From Massalongia carnosa (Eukaryota): 64,000 nt of DNA. A program made the position numbers and the translations under genes. Below, in pieces: positions 60,308 to 64,000 of the stretch (within the stretch, counting starts at the first letter, position 1; every line of letters starts with the position of its first letter). The notes under the pieces are model-generated. The model was not told where the DNA came from, made no database searches, and saw only the letters and a list, made by a program, of their open reading frames with translations. The stretch is taken from assembly GCA_965645245.1 (NCBI GenBank), contig OZ287070.1, positions 1,922,001-1,986,000 of the forward strand. Reading direction: 5' to 3'.

Positions 60308-61266
60308 CAACTTATTGACTCATTTGGTCCCTTCGTCTTGCGGAACATAAAACCCTTTTGCTTCTCGTGATCTACTGTACATTTATTGATAGTGTTTCCG
60401 GATAACATTTTTCTACAGCACACATTAAGTTATCGCCCGTTGCAAAGCGTCGGAGTCGGAAGGCATATATTCTCTATGAGAACGAAGTCATTATTGTTAG
60501 ATACCAACTGGCTAGGCTGCTGGGTGTTGGAGAGCAACATTCTATCCTATCGTATATCCATACAATCCTCAAAACCCATTTTTCACAACAAGCACACCTC
60601 CAGCGGAGTCCGATAGGGTTCCTATTCAATTTAACAATGGACATTTCACTAGCTCCGCAAGGCGAGCTCGGAAAAGGTAGGCAGACACCATTCTGGAGCA
60701 TGAAATAGAGACATCCTTCTTAGTGGATGGGTGCATAGACGCGGCATCGCTGGAAGCGGGCCTGGTAGATACCTACTTTCATATACCAGACACACCTCAG
60801 ATGCCTAGGTACCTTAAACTGACCCTGTATACCCCTATATTTACCGTGTTCTTCTTCCCGCATTATCGGGAAAAATCCTTCCTCGATCCAGTATGGAACC
60901 GTCTGGTGATCATCTTGAGTCTTGGGTACTTCTACCAACATATATGCTATACAAATACCAAGCTGCGCGCGATAGTAAACTCCAATGCTGCGAATCCCCC
61001 TCAAAATGCTCTGACAACGCCATGGTAATGCATCGTCCACTTTGCAGGTTTTGCGTAGGTAGTTGGTTAACTGCCCCTGGCTCCTCCTTCTCCTTCCCAT
61101 TCTTACACATATCTACCCTCCTTCTCTCCCTCTCCTTCGTCTCAGCCCGCACTCTTACCCTTCCCTCCCTCCCCCAAACACGTCCAAATCCCCATCCCAC
61201 TCCTACCCCCACCCGGTCTACCTTTGCTTCGTTTCACAAAACGCTGTATTCCCTCGCCTATGGGAC

Positions 61267-62005
61267 TCATCCGAGCACGACCTCATAGGCGATTACGAGC
61301 GTATTGATGACGATTAGGGGGACTGAGAGAGAGGGAAGAGAATGGAGGTTTTTGGTTAGCTCTTTATTAATTTAGGTTGGGAACTCGGATCCCGGCTAGG
61401 GTTCATGGTGGTCGAGGGGTGTGTCTTTGTTTTTGTAGGCCTTCTCGTCTCCTTGCTTTGATTGGATCCCATCGACTCCCCCTTCCCCCAACCCCCCAAA
61501 GCATTAAACCCTCAACCTCTCAAACACCGGGAAACACCATTATAGAAAAGGAGGCAGAACTCACTCCGCATCAGCGTTCTCACGCTCGAGATCAGATTTA
61601 TCAGCTTGCCTTTTATACTAGCGGCGTCGTCGCGGGAGCCGGCGGTGCCGAAGGCTGGCTCTATTTGGGTGTTGCCCCAGCCAACTGTTGTTGGAGAAGG
61701 GGGGGAAGTTAGTGTAATTTGAGGAGAAAAAGGGGGGGGACTCTTTAATTGTAGGGATGAGGGTTTGTGTAGGAGAGAGAGGGGTTAGAAGGGAGGGGCT
61801 TGAGGAAAGAAGGGAGCTAGGAAAGGGGTTATTTATGAGGAGAAGGGCGTACTTCGTGCTAAAAAGCGGTCTTCGGAGAGGATTGCGACAGCGTTGACGA
61901 GGAGGATGGCTACTGTGGGCGAGAGTTAGTGAGGGGTTCTTGAAGAGCAAGGACGGGAAGGAAGGCCTTGCCGTAGAAGAGTTTGCCGAGGCCGAAGAGA
62001 AGCAT
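61267..62005 (-). CDS. YOS1: Yos1-like ER-Golgi transport membrane protein, four exons (introns 61913-61971 GC-AG, 61685-61852, 61323-61564)
   Basis: Spliced translation MLLFGLGKLFYVAILLVNAVAILSEDRFLARIGWGNTQ...SIKGKLINLISSVRTLMRIPLIVINTLVIAYEVVLG*; not visible in the ORF track. Confidence 0.92.
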
Positions 62006-62170
62006 TTTGGGAGTTTGTGTGGTTGTTGTTGTCGAGAGGAGAGGAGGACTTTCGGTGCCTTGTAGGGCTGAGGAAGGCTTGCGGATTTTCAGCCCCCTTC
62101 GTAGATTGGCGACAGCGAGCAGATATGTACGTCGTCATGCTGCAAGGCACTAGCCGCAAGACTCGACGAT

Positions 62171-64000
62171 ATGCGACACTTGACAGGTATGCATATCCTC
62201 AATTGACACCTCCTGGTCCACCCAAAATAGCAATTCACGTCTAACCTCTCCAGACACCCTCCTTGCAACCCTGATTCCCCTCAGCATCCTTCTCCATCTG
62301 TCGCTTTCTCCGTACACGAAAGTGGAGGAATCCTTCAATATACAAGCTACGCATGACATTCTTACTTATGGCGTTCCTGTCACGCAGGCTGCCTCAAGGT
62401 TGAGAGAGCAATACGATCATCTTACGTTCACGGGGCCGGTCCCTAGGACATTTGCGGGACCGTTGGTATTGGCGGTAGTGTCGTGGCCTGGGGCTTTGCT
62501 ACTCGAGGGGGTGAATAGGCAGATTCTCGGTAGGCATTTTCTTCCTAGTATGCTGCGAAACAGAACGGGCTTGTTTCATTCAGAAATGCGGGGAGGCCTT
62601 AGTATTTCGGCTTGGAGAAGAGAGAACGCTGATAGAAAAGTTATAGTTAGAGCTATCCTAGGGCTTTTCAACGCCTTCTGTCTCCTTTCGTTCCGCAATG
62701 GCGTGCTCAGGGTGTTTGGACGAAGCACAGCAAATTGGTTCGTCGTCCTTCAGGCTGGACAATTTCACCTCATGTACTACGCTTCACGCACCTTGCCAAA
62801 CTTCTTTGCATTCGGATTCAGTATGTCGAGCCATTCCGTCCAAAACCAGCATCATTCCTTCTAAGTATCATTAGCTACATTAGCCCTCCGTGATCTTCTC
62901 CCCGATTCAGGGGGCACATTCGCTCGACCCACAAGCAGGCAGCGCTACAGACGAGCCCTAACAATCCTCACCGCCACGGGCGTGATATTTCGCTCCGAGA
63001 TTGCCCTCCTCCTTGGCACTCATACCCTCTACCTCCTCGCCTTTAAACGCAGCACTTTAAGCCTAGTCCGCGACATCATTCCCTCAGGCCTCCTAGGCCT
63101 TCTGATCGGTCTTTCCATCACTGTCCCTCTGGACTCCTACTTCTGGCTCCGCTTCCCTCTCTGGCCCGAGTTCTCCGCATTCAGCTACAACATTCTGGCC
63201 GGCCAGTCCTCCAGCTGGGGCACCTCCCCCTGGCATTTCTACCTCACTTCCGCGCTCCCCCGCCTCCTCTTCAATCCCCTTGTCTACCAAATCTACCTCC
63301 CCTTCACCCTCGCCATCCCCGCCCTTCGCCTGCCAGCCTGTGACATCCTCATTCCAAACCTTGCCTTCGTCGTGCTGTACAGCCTCCAGCCGCACAAGGA
63401 ATGGCGTTTCATCGTCTACACCATTCCGCCCCTGATCGCCGTCGCGTCCGCCGGCGCGGCCTGGATCTGGACCCGCCGCGCCAAATCGTCCGCCTACCGC
63501 CTCCTGGCCTTTTGTCTTGTCGCGAGCTCTTTGGCCGCATTCGCTGCCAGCGCCGCTATGCTGGCCGTCTCCCGTCTAAATTACCCTGGTGCCAAAGCGC
63601 TAGAGCAACTCCATGAACTGCACGCTCTTGGTAACCCCCATAGCGCGCGCAGGGAAGTGGTGCGCGTGCATCTAGACACCCTGACGTGCATGACGGGCGT
63701 GACGCGTTTTCTGCAACTGCCGCCACCGCCGCCGCTAGAAAACGGCACGTGGTGGCTCTACGACAAGTCCGAAGACTCGACGGAGCTCCTGCACCCGGCG
63801 TTCTGGGACCGGGTTGACTACGCGCTCGCGGAGCGGGTAGAGACGGTGATTGGAAAATGGCAGCTTTTGGGCATGGTGCAGGGGTACAGTGGCGTGGAGA
63901 TTGTGAGACTGTCGGATAAGGTGGGGGATGATATCGTAGGGGTGGCCAAGAAACAGGGAGGAGGAGGAGACGGTTCGGTATCGGTTGGCATGGGCGATGT
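62171..64000 (+). CDS. ALG12: Dol-P-Man alpha-1,6-mannosyltransferase Alg12 (runs off window end)
   Basis: SPYTKVEESFNIQATHD, YDHLTFTGPVPRTFAG, FHLMYYASRTLPN, IFRSE, QPHKEWRFIVY, NYPGA, MTGVTRF. Confidence 0.94.

Noticed and set aside
60720..61288. Short ORFs between creB and YOS1
   Set aside because: No recognisable domain; overlapping low-complexity frames in a convergent 3' region.
7443..64000. ER-function gene cluster (NPL4, SEC66, calnexin, YOS1, ALG12)
   Set aside because: Spread over 55 kb among unrelated genes; no shared motif seen, consistent with chance.

Overview
Eukaryotic, intron-containing DNA from a filamentous ascomycete (Pezizomycotina); the species cannot be determined from sequence alone. 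The backbone is conserved housekeeping genes: BRR2 (5' part), a coiled-coil hypothetical, a G-patch protein, NPL4/SEC66 (divergent), a CBS-like protein, a BAH-PHD chromatin reader, an NAD-dependent epimerase, TOP1/ATP3 (divergent), methylmalonate-semialdehyde dehydrogenase, calnexin, MDE1, MPH1, CAP2, an LSD1-like demethylase, a CreB-like deubiquitinase, YOS1 and ALG12 (5' part), plus an F-box pseudogene. Three compact stacks of DNA transposons interrupt it. (i) 4.57-6.98 kb: an intact Fot1/pogo element with one MITE inside its left TIR and another abutting its right end. (ii) 14.0-17.85 kb: a frameshifted Tc1-like element, an intron-containing pogo/Tigger-like element with a nonsense codon, and an orphan TIR. 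(iii) 43.4-47.3 kb: a collapsed TIR pair, a third MITE, and a TIR-bounded element carrying a decayed RecQ-like helicase (AcademH-like). The most unusual observation is a set of CACG...CGTG-ended, apparently Tc1-derived MITEs flanked by 5-7 bp GC-rich duplications instead of TA, all lying within about 8 bp of another transposon's terminus. All identifications are by eye from motifs and remembered family features; no database search was run.
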